Positions 18,290-27,704 of a stretch of 64,000 nt of DNA are shown here, piece by piece. Origin of the DNA: Acidimicrobiales bacterium (GTDB lineage Bacteria; Actinomycetota; Acidimicrobiia; Acidimicrobiales; DATDAH01); contig JBGAOY010000015.1 of NCBI GenBank assembly GCA_044221555.1, forward strand, positions 1,721 through 65,720. The letters are read 5' to 3'. A model generated the notes under the pieces. The model saw nothing but the letters and a program-made list of their open reading frames with translations. It searched no databases and had not been told where the DNA came from. The translations under genes were made by a program, and so were the position numbers. The stretch's first letter is position 1. Each line of letters begins with the position of its first letter.

Positions 18290-19333
18290 ATGACTCGGGA
18301 GCGGTTGGTGGATCGGAGGCCGGCGCTGACCGCCGACGAGCTGGTGGCGGGCTTCGTGCCGCCTGCTCGTTTCGGGGGCGTCCGCTTCTCGAACTACGTC
18401 CCCAGCCCCGACCATCCCTCCCAGGCGGCCGCGCTCGGCTCCGTCGAGGCCTTCGGCCGTCGGGTCGCGTCGCCCGCCCCCGAACGGGCGCGGCGCTTCC
18501 GGCGCTCGCGCGATGCCGTCGCGTCAGAGCCGCCGGCGCTCTATCTCGACGGGGGCTACGGGGTGGGCAAGACCCACCTGATCGCCGCCCTGTGGCACGC
18601 CACGAACCTGCCCGCGGCGTACCTGAGCTTCGGTGAGCTGACCGCGGTGATCGGGTTCGTGGGCATGGACGAGGCGGTGCGAGCGTTCTCCCGCTACCGG
18701 CTGCTGTGCATCGACGAGTTCGAGCTGGACGACGTGGCCAACACGTTGATGGCGGTCACCTTCCTGCGCCGCGTGCTGCCCTCGGAGGAGCGGCCCGACG
18801 GCACCCGCGTGGCCACCACCTCGAACTCGGTGCCCGACCGGTTGGGCGAGGGCCGGTTCGCGGCCGACGACTTCCGACGCGAGATCGCGGCCATCGCCGG
18901 CCACTTCACCGTGGTGCGCATCGACGGCCCCGACTACCGCGCCTCGTCGATCGTGCCCGTCGAGTCCCTCGATGACGCCGAGGTCGAAGCGGTGGTGGGC
19001 CGGGCCACCGGCCTGGTGACCGACGACGGCGTCGACGCGCTGCTGGCGCACCTGCGGGTCGTGCACCCCGTGCAGTTCGCGGCCCTGCTCGACGGCGTCG
19101 ACACCGTCGTGCTGCGGGGGCTGCGTCCCATCGACAACCAGGGCGACGCGCTGTTGTTCGTCCATCTCGTCGACGAGCTCTACGACGCCGGTCTCACGGT
19201 GGCGGCGACGGGGTGCGGCGTGCACGACCTCTTCCCCGAGACGTACCGCCACGGCGGCTACCGCAAGAAGTACGGCCGCGCCGAGAGCCGCCTCACCGCG
19301 CTTCTGGCCGAGGCGACGGCGGCGACGGGCTGA
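18290..19333 (+). CDS. zapE: AFG1/ZapE-family ATPase
   Basis: YLDGGYGVGKTHL Walker A, LLCIDEFELDD, TTSN, GPDYR. Confidence 0.85.
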   Translation: MTRERLVDRRPALTADELVAGFVPPARFGGVRFSNYVPSPDHPSQAAALGSVEAFGRRVASPAPERARRFRRSRDAVASEPPALYLDGGYGVGKTHLIAALWHATNLPAAYLSFGELTAVIGFVGMDEAVRAFSRYRLLCIDEFELDDVANTLMAVTFLRRVLPSEERPDGTRVATTSNSVPDRLGEGRFAADDFRREIAAIAGHFTVVRIDGPDYRASSIVPVESLDDAEVEAVVGRATGLVTDDGVDALLAHLRVVHPVQFAALLDGVDTVVLRGLRPIDNQGDALLFVHLVDELYDAGLTVAATGCGVHDLFPETYRHGGYRKKYGRAESRLTALLAEATAATG

Positions 19334-19424
19334 TCGCCGATCACGTCGGCCTCGTTCCAGGAACGTCAGGTTCCTGTCGATGGGCGCAGCGGTGCGGGTC
19401 AGGCCCGACCGTGCCGAACGATGG

Positions 19425-20357
19425 CTACGTGCCGGCCAACCGAGCCACGACGGGGGCCAGGTCGTCCATGGAGTCGGCGCTGATGCCCAGGTAGCTGATC
19501 CCGAAGCGCTCGCGCTGCTCGACGAGGTCGTCGATGATCTGCTCGACGGTGCCGGCCAGCGAGTGGGGGCTGGACAGGGCCGCCTCCGGCGTGAGGCCGA
19601 ACGCCGGGGCCAGCTGCTCGGCCAGCGCGGCGCGGTCGTCGGTGATGACGGCCAGGTGGATGCGCACCTGGAGCTCGATCTCGTCGAACCGCTCGCCGGC
19701 GGCATCGCGGATCCACTCGAGCTTCTCGGCGGTGTGCTCGGCGGTGCCGTCGGGGCCCACGGTGGCGTCGATGCGGCCCCCGTGGAGGTTGAAGTTCAGC
19801 CCGATGATGTCGGCCTCGCGGGCCGCGAGCTGGAGGATCTTGCGTCCGCCGCCGCCGACGAGGATCGGCGGATGGGGCCGCTGCACCGGTTTGGGCGAGC
19901 CCTCGAGGCCGGCGACGGTGTAGTGCTCGCCGGCGAGCGTGACCGGCCCGTCCGCGAACAGGCCCTTCAGCACGGCGATGGCCTCGGCCAGTCGCTCGAT
20001 GCGCACGCCGGCCGGATCGAGCGGGATGCCCGCCTGCTCGTAGTCGGTGGTCATCCAGCCGGCACCGACGCCCAGCTCGAGGCGGCCGCCCGACAGCAGG
20101 TCGAGGGTGGCCGCCTCCTTGGCCAGCACGACCGGGTGCCGGTAGTCGTTGGCGTAGGTCAGCGCACCGATGCGCAGGGTGCTGGTGGCCGCGGCCGCGG
20201 CCATGAGCCCCACGGTGGGGGCGAACTGGGCGTCGAGGTGGTCGCCCATGGTGAAGGTGGAGAAGCCCAGGTCCTCGGCCTTGCGGGCGATGGACGCCCA
20301 TTCGGCGGCGTCCGCCGCGTGGCCGACCTGGACACCGAACCGGAAGGGTCTGAGCAC
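19425..20357 (-). CDS. LLM-class (probably F420-dependent) oxidoreductase
   Basis: AEDLGFSTFTMGDH, YRHPVVLAKEAATLDLLSGGRLELGVGAGW, PKPVQRPHPPILVGGGG. Confidence 0.88.
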   Translation of the reverse strand: MLRPFRFGVQVGHAADAAEWASIARKAEDLGFSTFTMGDHLDAQFAPTVGLMAAAAATSTLRIGALTYANDYRHPVVLAKEAATLDLLSGGRLELGVGAGWMTTDYEQAGIPLDPAGVRIERLAEAIAVLKGLFADGPVTLAGEHYTVAGLEGSPKPVQRPHPPILVGGGGRKILQLAAREADIIGLNFNLHGGRIDATVGPDGTAEHTAEKLEWIRDAAGERFDEIELQVRIHLAVITDDRAALAEQLAPAFGLTPEAALSSPHSLAGTVEQIIDDLVEQRERFGISYLGISADSMDDLAPVVARLAGT

Positions 20358-20363
20358 CCGCAG

Positions 20364-20373
20364 AGAGTACTTT
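20364..20373. promoter_or_regulatory. Overlapping back-to-back -10 boxes (TACTTT on +, TACTCT on -) for two divergent leaderless genes
   Basis: 22-bp intergenic gap; each hexamer lies 6 nt from its start codon (20380 +, 20357 -). Confidence 0.6.
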
Positions 20374-20379
20374 CACGCC

Positions 20380-21183
20380 ATGTCAGACACCGCAGACCCG
20401 CTGGACGACTTCGAGGCGCGCATCGTCACCTACGACGGCGAGACCCGGACGGTGTTCCGCAAGGGCGAGGGCCCCGGTGTCATCGTCATCTCCGAGATCC
20501 CGGGCATCACCCCGGCCGTGGCCGACTTCGCCCGGCGGGTCGTCGACCTCGGGTGCACGGTGGCGATGCCGTCGCTGTTCGGCACGCCGGGCAAGCCGGT
20601 CTCGGTGCCCTACGCGGTCTCGTCGCTGGCCGGGGCGTGCGTGTCGAAGGAGTTCGCCACGTGGGCGGCGGGCCGGACCTCGCCCGTCACGGTGTGGCTC
20701 CGTCATCTCTCCCGCGACCTGCACGACGAGCTCGGTGGCCCGGGTGTGGGCGTGGTGGGCATGTGCCTGACGGGTGGCTTCGCGCTCGCCATGATGGTCG
20801 ACGACGAGGTCGTGGCCCCGGTGCTCAGCCAGCCGTCCCTGCCGTTCCCGGTCGGCGCCCGCCGCAAGGCCGACCTCGGCATCTCCGCGGAGGACCTGGC
20901 TCGGGTGAAGGAGCGGGTGGACGAGGGGATCTGCGTGCTCGGCCTGCGCTTCACGGGCGACCCGGTGATGCCCGCCGACCGCTTCGCCACCTTGCGCCGC
21001 GAGTTGGGCGACGGCTTCGTGGGTGTCGAGATCGACTCCTCCAAGGGCAACCCCCACGGCATCCCCACCAACGCCCACTCGGTGCTCACCGAGCACCTGG
21101 TGGACGAGCCGGGCCATCCCACCCACGATGCACTGAACCAGGTGCTCGACCTGTTCCGCGAGCGCCTGCTGGTCGACGTCTGA
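20380..21183 (+). CDS. Dienelactone hydrolase family protein
   Basis: VIVISEIPGITP, GVVGMCLTGGF nucleophile elbow, AHSVLT. Confidence 0.85.
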   Translation: MSDTADPLDDFEARIVTYDGETRTVFRKGEGPGVIVISEIPGITPAVADFARRVVDLGCTVAMPSLFGTPGKPVSVPYAVSSLAGACVSKEFATWAAGRTSPVTVWLRHLSRDLHDELGGPGVGVVGMCLTGGFALAMMVDDEVVAPVLSQPSLPFPVGARRKADLGISAEDLARVKERVDEGICVLGLRFTGDPVMPADRFATLRRELGDGFVGVEIDSSKGNPHGIPTNAHSVLTEHLVDEPGHPTHDALNQVLDLFRERLLVDV

Positions 21184-21290
21184 TCAAGGCCTGGACCGCT
21201 CGACGGCGCGTTTGGCCCGCGGGCAACGGCGCGGGTCGATGCCACGCGTGGCGAACCACAGCCATGTGACCCCCAGGTAGGGTGAGCGCC

Positions 21291-23618
21291 GTGCCCCCCG
21301 ATACACCGCCAGGCGATCTGTTCGCCGGGCCGGCCACGGGTCACCAGCTCCTCGAGGGGTTGAACCCCGCGCAGCAGGAAGCGGTCCTGCACCACGAGGG
21401 ACCCCTGTTGGTGGTGGCCGGAGCGGGCTCCGGCAAGACCCGGGTGCTCACCCACCGCATCGCCCATCTGATCCACGAGCACGGCGTGTCGCCGTTCGAG
21501 ATCCTGGCCATCACCTTCACGAACAAGGCCGCCGACGAGATGAAGCAGCGGGTCGCCTCGCTGGTCGGGCCGGTCGCCGCCAAGATGTGGGTGTCGACGT
21601 TCCACTCGGCCTGTGTGCGCATCCTGCGTCGCGACGCGGCCCGGTTGGACTACCCCTCGTCGTTCACCATCTACGACCAGTCCGACGCCCGCCGGCTCAC
21701 CGGCTACGTCATCCGCGACCTCAACCTGGATCCCAAGCGGTTCCCGCCGAGAGGTGTGCACGCCACCATCAGCGCGGCCAAGAACGACCTGGTCCGCGCC
21801 GACGAGTACGCCGACCGGGCCCAGGTGATCTACGAGCGCAAGGTGGCCGACGTGTACTCGGAGTACCAGCTGCGCCTGCGCCGGGCGGGGGCGATGGACT
21901 TCGACGACCTGCTCATGGTGGCCGTGGAGCTGTTCCAGAAGAACCCCGACGTGCTCGAGCACTACCGCCGGCGCTTCCGCCACATCATGGTGGACGAGTA
22001 CCAGGACACGAACCGGGTGCAGAACGAGCTCGTGCTCCTCCTGGCCGGAGGCGGCCCGAGCGGTCCATCAGAGCGGGGAGGAGGCCACAGGAACGTGTGC
22101 GTGGTGGGCGACAGCGACCAGTCGATCTACCAGTTCCGCGGCGCCGACATCCGCAACATCCTGGAGTTCGAGGAGGCCTTCCCCGACGCCACCGTGATCG
22201 TCCTCGAGCAGAACTACCGGTCGACCCAGACCATCCTCGACGCCGCCAACGCGGTGATCGCCAACAACATGGGGCGCAAGCCGAAGGAGCTGTGGACCGA
22301 CCAGGGCGGCGGCATGGCCATCGCCCGCTACCACGCCGACGACGAGGGCGACGAGAGCCAGTGGGTGGCCCACGAGATGTCGCGCCTGCACGACGACGGC
22401 GACGCCCGCTGGGGCGACTTCGCTGTGTTCTACCGCACGAACGCCCAGAGCCGCGTGATCGAAGAGCAGCTGATGCGCCAGGGCATCCCCTACAAGGTCA
22501 TCGGCGGCACTCGCTTCTACGACCGGCGTGAGGTGAAGGACGCGCTCGCCTACATGAAGGCCGCGGTCAACCCCGTCGACGAGGTGAGCATCAAGCGGAT
22601 CCTCAACGTCCCCAAGCGGGGCATCGGTGACAGCACCATCGGTCGTCTCGACGCCTGGGCCAAGTCGCACGACGTGGCCTTCATCGACGCGCTGCGGGCG
22701 GCGACCGAGGCCGGCGTGAAGGGGACGGCGGTGAAGGGCATCGCCGCCTTCCTCGAGCTGTTCGACGACCTGGGCCGCGTCGCCGCCGACGGTCCGGCGC
22801 CGCTGCTGCAGGCCGTGCTCGACCGCACGGGGTACGCCGACGAGCTCGAGGCCGAGCACAGCGTCGAGGCCGAGGGGCGCCTCGAGAACCTGGCCGAGCT
22901 GGTGGGCGTGGCCCAGGACTTCGAGAGCGTCGACGAGTTCCTCGAGCAGGTCAGCCTGGTGGCCGACACCGACGAGCTCGACGAGGACGATTCCTTCGTC
23001 GTGCTGATGACCCTGCACTCCGCAAAGGGCCTCGAGTACCCCAACGTGTTCCTCATCGGGCTCGAGGACGGGGTGTTCCCGCACCTGCGCTCGCTGGGCG
23101 AGCCCGACCAACTCGAGGAGGAGCGGCGCCTCTGCTACGTCGGCATCACCCGGGCCAGGGAGCGTCTGTTCCTCAGCCACGCCTGGAGCCGGATGCTGTA
23201 TGGCTCCACGCAGTACAACCCGCCCAGCCGCTTCCTCGACGAGATCCCCGAGGCGCTGGTCGAGGTGGTCGAGGGGAGCCGCGTCGTCGGTCGCCGGCGC
23301 CAGGCGTCGACCTTCGCCGGATCGGGCTCCGGCAGCGGGTCGGCCTCGTCGGGGTCGTCGTCGTACTCGTCTCACTCGCCGATCAGCGCGCATCGCGACG
23401 AGGTGGTCGAGCGGGCCCTTCGCCCGGCGCCTCCCACGCCGAGTGGTGCCGACGGGCTGGGACTCCGGGTGGGCGACGACGTGCGCCACAACACCTTCGG
23501 CGAGGGCGTCATCATCGACATGGAGGGCACCGGCGACAAGACCCAGGCCACCGTGCACTTCCGCGACGTCGGCCAGAAGATCCTGCTGCTCAGCTGGGCC
23601 CCGCTCGAGAAGGTGTAG
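21291..23618 (+). CDS. pcrA: ATP-dependent DNA helicase PcrA/UvrD1
   Basis: AGAGSGKTRVLT, VDEYQDTN, GDSDQSIY, LHSAKGLEY, EERRLCYVGITRA; GTG 21291 follows TAGGGT -10 (ORF track start 21282). Confidence 0.97.
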   Translation: MPPDTPPGDLFAGPATGHQLLEGLNPAQQEAVLHHEGPLLVVAGAGSGKTRVLTHRIAHLIHEHGVSPFEILAITFTNKAADEMKQRVASLVGPVAAKMWVSTFHSACVRILRRDAARLDYPSSFTIYDQSDARRLTGYVIRDLNLDPKRFPPRGVHATISAAKNDLVRADEYADRAQVIYERKVADVYSEYQLRLRRAGAMDFDDLLMVAVELFQKNPDVLEHYRRRFRHIMVDEYQDTNRVQNELVLLLAGGGPSGPSERGGGHRNVCVVGDSDQSIYQFRGADIRNILEFEEAFPDATVIVLEQNYRSTQTILDAANAVIANNMGRKPKELWTDQGGGMAIARYHADDEGDESQWVAHEMSRLHDDGDARWGDFAVFYRTNAQSRVIEEQLMRQGIPYKVIGGTRFYDRREVKDALAYMKAAVNPVDEVSIKRILNVPKRGIGDSTIGRLDAWAKSHDVAFIDALRAATEAGVKGTAVKGIAAFLELFDDLGRVAADGPAPLLQAVLDRTGYADELEAEHSVEAEGRLENLAELVGVAQDFESVDEFLEQVSLVADTDELDEDDSFVVLMTLHSAKGLEYPNVFLIGLEDGVFPHLRSLGEPDQLEEERRLCYVGITRARERLFLSHAWSRMLYGSTQYNPPSRFLDEIPEALVEVVEGSRVVGRRRQASTFAGSGSGSGSASSGSSSYSSHSPISAHRDEVVERALRPAPPTPSGADGLGLRVGDDVRHNTFGEGVIIDMEGTGDKTQATVHFRDVGQKILLLSWAPLEKV

Positions 23619-23668
23619 CCGGTCCGGCCACCGTGGGGCGCGCCCTCCGTCAGCGTCGGGTGGCGGGG

Positions 23669-24313
23669 TCAGTTCTCGTCCGCGTCCTCGGTGGGGTCGG
23701 CGGTCCACAGGAAGCGGGCCGACGCGGTCGGGACCGTCGTGTTCGTGAACCCCTCGACCGTGTCGGGGATGTCGCGCAGGGTGAAGACGAACCGGAAGGT
23801 CTGCGCGTCGGGCGACTCGGTGACCGCGAACGCCTCCACGCCCCGTCGGGCGGCCGAGAGCCCGGCCAGCGTCCCTTGGAAGACGGTGCCGGTGGGGGTG
23901 AAGCCGTCGCAGTCGTGGAACGTGCCGCCGGTGCCCCGTTCGACCCGTACGTCGAGCAGCGACGCCAGCGACCCCTCGGCCTCGCTCGACAGGCTCACGG
24001 TCACGGGCAGCACGTTGCCGTCGTAGCTGACCACGATGCAGTCACGCTCGGGTCGGCCGGGGACCATGTCGTCGACGGCGAAGAGCGAGGTCCCGGAGTC
24101 GTCGTCGGTCAACTGGACCGAGCCTGCGGACAACTGGGCGTCGGCGTGCGCGTCGGTCGGCGTCAGCGCGGCCCGCGACCGGGTCACGACCAGGATGCTC
24201 ACGATCAACAGCGCGATCGCGGTGGCCAGGGACCGAGCGGTCGTCCGACCGGTGCTGGCCTCCTCCTCGGCGATGTCGATGGGGCCGTTCTCGCGTTCGA
24301 GGATCCGGCTCAT
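23669..24313 (-). CDS. TasA/CalY-like exported protein with SipW-type signal (paralogue 2)
   Basis: Hydrophobic stretch then SRAALTPT...LSAGSVQLTDDDSGTSLF...MVPG..RDCIVVSYDG; similar to 27705-28289. Confidence 0.7.
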   Translation of the reverse strand: MSRILERENGPIDIAEEEASTGRTTARSLATAIALLIVSILVVTRSRAALTPTDAHADAQLSAGSVQLTDDDSGTSLFAVDDMVPGRPERDCIVVSYDGNVLPVTVSLSSEAEGSLASLLDVRVERGTGGTFHDCDGFTPTGTVFQGTLAGLSAARRGVEAFAVTESPDAQTFRFVFTLRDIPDTVEGFTNTTVPTASARFLWTADPTEDADEN

Positions 24314-24463
24314 TCCGCCCGCTCCTGCCGACTTCGTCGCCGGGCCGCTCGGGCCCCGCCGTCGTACCTGCGGCTCATGTGGCGTGCACCTCCTCCGTCG
24401 GTGCCCCTTCGGGATCCGGTTCGGTGGGTGCGGGTCCTCCGCTCGGCGGCGCAGCCTCTGGCA

Positions 24464-26920
24464 TCACGCGCGCACCCCCGCGGGGACGCGCGCCTCGAGC
24501 GGCGCGGCGGGCACGCCCCCGAGCAGCACCGCCACCTGCTCGGGCGTGGCCGGCCGGTGGAGCAGATAGCCCTGGATGAGGTCGGTGCGCATCTCCCGCA
24601 GCAGCTGGAGCTGCTCCTCGCTCTCGATGCCCTCGGCGATCACCCGCAGCCCGAGATCGTGGGCGAGCCCGACGATGGAGCGCACGATGGCACGGTCGTG
24701 GGTGTCTTCGGAGGCGAGCCCGTCGACGAACACCTTGTCGATCTTCAACACGTCGAGCGGCAGCTCGCGCAAGTGGCGCAGCGACGTCTGGCCCTGTCCG
24801 AAGTCGTCCAGCGCGAGGCGCACCCCACGTGCCCTGAGGTTGCTCATCAGCCCCACCAGCTCGCTCCCCAGCGACACCACGTTCTCCGTGACCTCCAGGA
24901 GCAACGAGGCCGGCGGCATGGCCGTCTCGCCCATGATCCTGTCGAGGTCGGCCGAGAACCCGGGGTGGTTCAGCTGGCTGGGCGACACGTTCACACCCAG
25001 CATGAGGCGGTTCCCGCGGGGCGCCTCGCGCCACAGGGCGTGCGCTCGCATCGCCGTGCGCAGCACCCAGCGGCCGAGGTCGACGATGAGCCCCGACTCC
25101 TCGGCCATCGGGATGAGGGTGCTGGGCGGGATCGCCCCGTGCCGGGGATGGTCCCATCGCACGAGGGCCTCGACGGCGACGATCGACTGGTCGTAGGCGC
25201 GGTAGACGGGCTGGTACACGAGGCGCAGTTGGTCTCGCTGCAAGGCGGTGCGCAGGTCGGCCTCCAGCTGCAGCCGGGTCACCGAGGCGGTGTCGTGGCC
25301 CGCCTGGTAGAGCGCCCAACGGGCCCGGCCACTGGCCTTGGCGCGGTACATGGCCTGGTCGGCCCGGCGGACCAGCTCCGCCGGGTTGGTGAACGGCCGG
25401 GGGGCCATGGCGATGCCCACGCTGGCCGAGATGGCCACCTCGTGGCTGGCCACCACGAACGGCTCGTGGAGCGAGCGCACCAGCCGCTCGGCGACGGTGG
25501 TCGCATCGTCGGGGCCCGCCACCCGGTCGAGCAGCACCACGAATTCGTCGCCTCCGAGCCGGCCCACGATGTCGTCCGCGGAGACGTGGCCCGCCAGCCG
25601 CTGCGCCACCGCGATCAGCAGCTCGTTGCCCGCGTCGTGGCCGAGGCTGTCGTTGACCGGCTTGAAGCGGTCGAGGTCGATGAACAGGACCGCGGCCTGC
25701 TCGTGGGCGGGCGCCGGTCGGGTGACCGACTCCTCGAGGCGCTGGAGGAAGCGGGCCCGGTTGGGCAGGCCCGTGAGCCCGTCGTGGAACGCCCGGTGCT
25801 CGAGCTGGTCGCGCATGGCCCGCTGCTCGGCCACCAGCTGGCCGTTCCGCATGGCCACCCCCGCCTGCGCGGCCAGCAGCTCGAGGCACTCGTACTGCGC
25901 GGTCGACACGTGGGCGCCGGCGCGCGCGCCGGCCCGCAGCGACGCCGATGCGCCCAGGGCGTGGAGGGGGCTGGCCGCCACCACCTCGAGCCCGTGGGCA
26001 TCCAGGTCGTCGAGCTCGGCGGCCACCTCGCTGGCGCGGTCGGTGACCATCGTGCGGTGGGTCTCGGCGGCGGCCACCGCACCACCGGCCGGACGTTCCG
26101 GGGCGGGAAGGGTCAGCTCGCCGGCGGACTGCGCCCCGGTGACGAACCACTCGCCGGAGGGGCGTCGCACGGCCAGGTCGACGGTGTCGAATCCCAGGCC
26201 CAATGCAGACGTGGTGACCGCGTTGACCACCTCGACCTCCAGGCTGGTCACCCGGTGGCCGGCCTCGGCCACGGTCTCCAGGAGATGGCCCCGTTCCGAG
26301 GCGCGCTCCCAGGCGTCGCGTTGGCCCCGGATGTCGATCAGCAGCTGCTCGGAGAGGTAGCCGGCAGGGATGGTGACCAGCAGGATGACGCCGATGCGCT
26401 GCACGGCCACCTCGACAGCGACCAGGACGTCGGTCTCCGAGGTCCCGGCGGCGTTGACCATCAACACGAGGTAGGCCAGCGACACCAGCGCCCACACGAC
26501 CATGGCGCCCCGCAGGCGGTAGCGGAGCGCCCCCTCGAGCACCGGCACGACCAACAGCACCCACATCACGTCCCGGCCGGTCACGTCGAGCGCCGTGGCC
26601 AGGGTGAGCACGAGGAAGGCGTCGGCGGAGATCTCGGCCAACGAGAGCACGGCCTGCCGGCGGCGGCTGTCGGCGTGCTCGGCGGCGATCGACACCAGGC
26701 TGATCAGGCCGGCCACACCGGCCAGCAGCAGTCCCACCATCCATCCGGAGAAGGGCAGGGCGGGATCGCCCGGCCCGGGCCGGTACGTCGCGAATTGCAT
26801 GAACAGCAGCGCGGCGGCGATGAACCGCATGCGCCGGAGGGCCGAGCTGATCACCTGGGACGACCGGCGGGGGTCCTCCCGGCCCGCCCGGCCGCCTGCG
26901 CCCGCCTCCGCCTCAGCCAT
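24464..26920 (-). CDS. Membrane GAF-GGDEF-EAL diguanylate cyclase/phosphodiesterase
   Basis: N-terminal TM bundle, DGLTGLPNR, RLGGDEF, VEALVRW, DDFGQG, LKIDK, AEGIE, QGY. Confidence 0.93.
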   Translation of the reverse strand: MAEAEAGAGGRAGREDPRRSSQVISSALRRMRFIAAALLFMQFATYRPGPGDPALPFSGWMVGLLLAGVAGLISLVSIAAEHADSRRRQAVLSLAEISADAFLVLTLATALDVTGRDVMWVLLVVPVLEGALRYRLRGAMVVWALVSLAYLVLMVNAAGTSETDVLVAVEVAVQRIGVILLVTIPAGYLSEQLLIDIRGQRDAWERASERGHLLETVAEAGHRVTSLEVEVVNAVTTSALGLGFDTVDLAVRRPSGEWFVTGAQSAGELTLPAPERPAGGAVAAAETHRTMVTDRASEVAAELDDLDAHGLEVVAASPLHALGASASLRAGARAGAHVSTAQYECLELLAAQAGVAMRNGQLVAEQRAMRDQLEHRAFHDGLTGLPNRARFLQRLEESVTRPAPAHEQAAVLFIDLDRFKPVNDSLGHDAGNELLIAVAQRLAGHVSADDIVGRLGGDEFVVLLDRVAGPDDATTVAERLVRSLHEPFVVASHEVAISASVGIAMAPRPFTNPAELVRRADQAMYRAKASGRARWALYQAGHDTASVTRLQLEADLRTALQRDQLRLVYQPVYRAYDQSIVAVEALVRWDHPRHGAIPPSTLIPMAEESGLIVDLGRWVLRTAMRAHALWREAPRGNRLMLGVNVSPSQLNHPGFSADLDRIMGETAMPPASLLLEVTENVVSLGSELVGLMSNLRARGVRLALDDFGQGQTSLRHLRELPLDVLKIDKVFVDGLASEDTHDRAIVRSIVGLAHDLGLRVIAEGIESEEQLQLLREMRTDLIQGYLLHRPATPEQVAVLLGGVPAAPLEARVPAGVRA

Positions 26921-27518
26921 GGCGAGACCGTCGGGTCGGGCGCAGCGCGGCCCAGAGGGCGAGCAGGGTGCCGAGCACCCACAGGCTCAGCAGGGGCAGG
27001 TTGCCCTCCTCCACCCAGACCCGGGGGAGGCCGACGGCGGGCACCAGCAGGCGTCCCACCCCCTCTACGTCGGCCGGCTTCACCCGGTACGAGTCGCTGA
27101 CGCGGTTGGCATCGCCTCTCGTCTGGTAGGTGCCGTTGGGGTTGACCTTGTCGATGCGGTGGGTCAGGCGGCCACCGGGCCGGACCGGGTCGGCGAAGGT
27201 GATGACGGCACCCTCCTCGAGGCCCCGGCCCCCGTCCTCCGGGGTGGCCGACAGCACGATGTCGCCCTGGTTGATGCTGGGCTGCATCGATCCGGTGGTC
27301 ACCACGAGCGGCGTCCAGCCCACGAGCAGGCGCACGACGAGCACCCAGACGACGAGGCAGGCCACGATCGAGAGGTAGAACCAGCAGATCAGGCTGGCCG
27401 CCGGCGCGGCGCGAGCCAGCACGCCCGGGCCCCGCTCGCCGGTCCGCCCCTTATCGGTGGCGGGTTCGTCCGCCACTGATGGAACGGCCGGCCCGGTGAC
27501 GGTCATCTCCAGTGCCAT
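26913..27518 (-). CDS. sipW: SipW-type (ER-type, Ser-His) signal peptidase I
   Basis: VVTTGSMQP, THRI, TRGDAN; ATG 27518 is inside the longer track ORF. Confidence 0.85.
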   Translation of the reverse strand: MALEMTVTGPAVPSVADEPATDKGRTGERGPGVLARAAPAASLICWFYLSIVACLVVWVLVVRLLVGWTPLVVTTGSMQPSINQGDIVLSATPEDGGRGLEEGAVITFADPVRPGGRLTHRIDKVNPNGTYQTRGDANRVSDSYRVKPADVEGVGRLLVPAVGLPRVWVEEGNLPLLSLWVLGTLLALWAALRPTRRSRHG

Positions 27519-27603
27519 GCGATCCTCGCCCATCCATCGGCCGCAAGGCTCACGAGGCGAGGACTTGACGCGACATTCGCCGGGCCGGGTGTTCCGAGTG
27601 GTG

Positions 27604-27627
27604 CAAATGGGCCAATCGGACCATTTG
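27604..27627. promoter_or_regulatory. Operator-like inverted repeat between the divergent sipW and tasA-like operons
   Basis: CAAATGGGCC-aatc-GGACCATTTG, 9/10 arm match, relatively AT-rich. Confidence 0.45.
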
Positions 27628-27704
27628 GATACGGCCGGTTGCGGCCGACAGGGAGCGCACGAGTGGGGCGGACGCGGTGCACCCGAGATCGGAGCAGTCG
27701 GACT

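Noticed and set aside
27519-27704. c-di-GMP riboswitch upstream of the tasA-like gene
   Set aside because: Only a vague ACAGGG...GAGTGGG...GACGC likeness; GCAAA, GAAA tetraloop and GCAAAG elements missing
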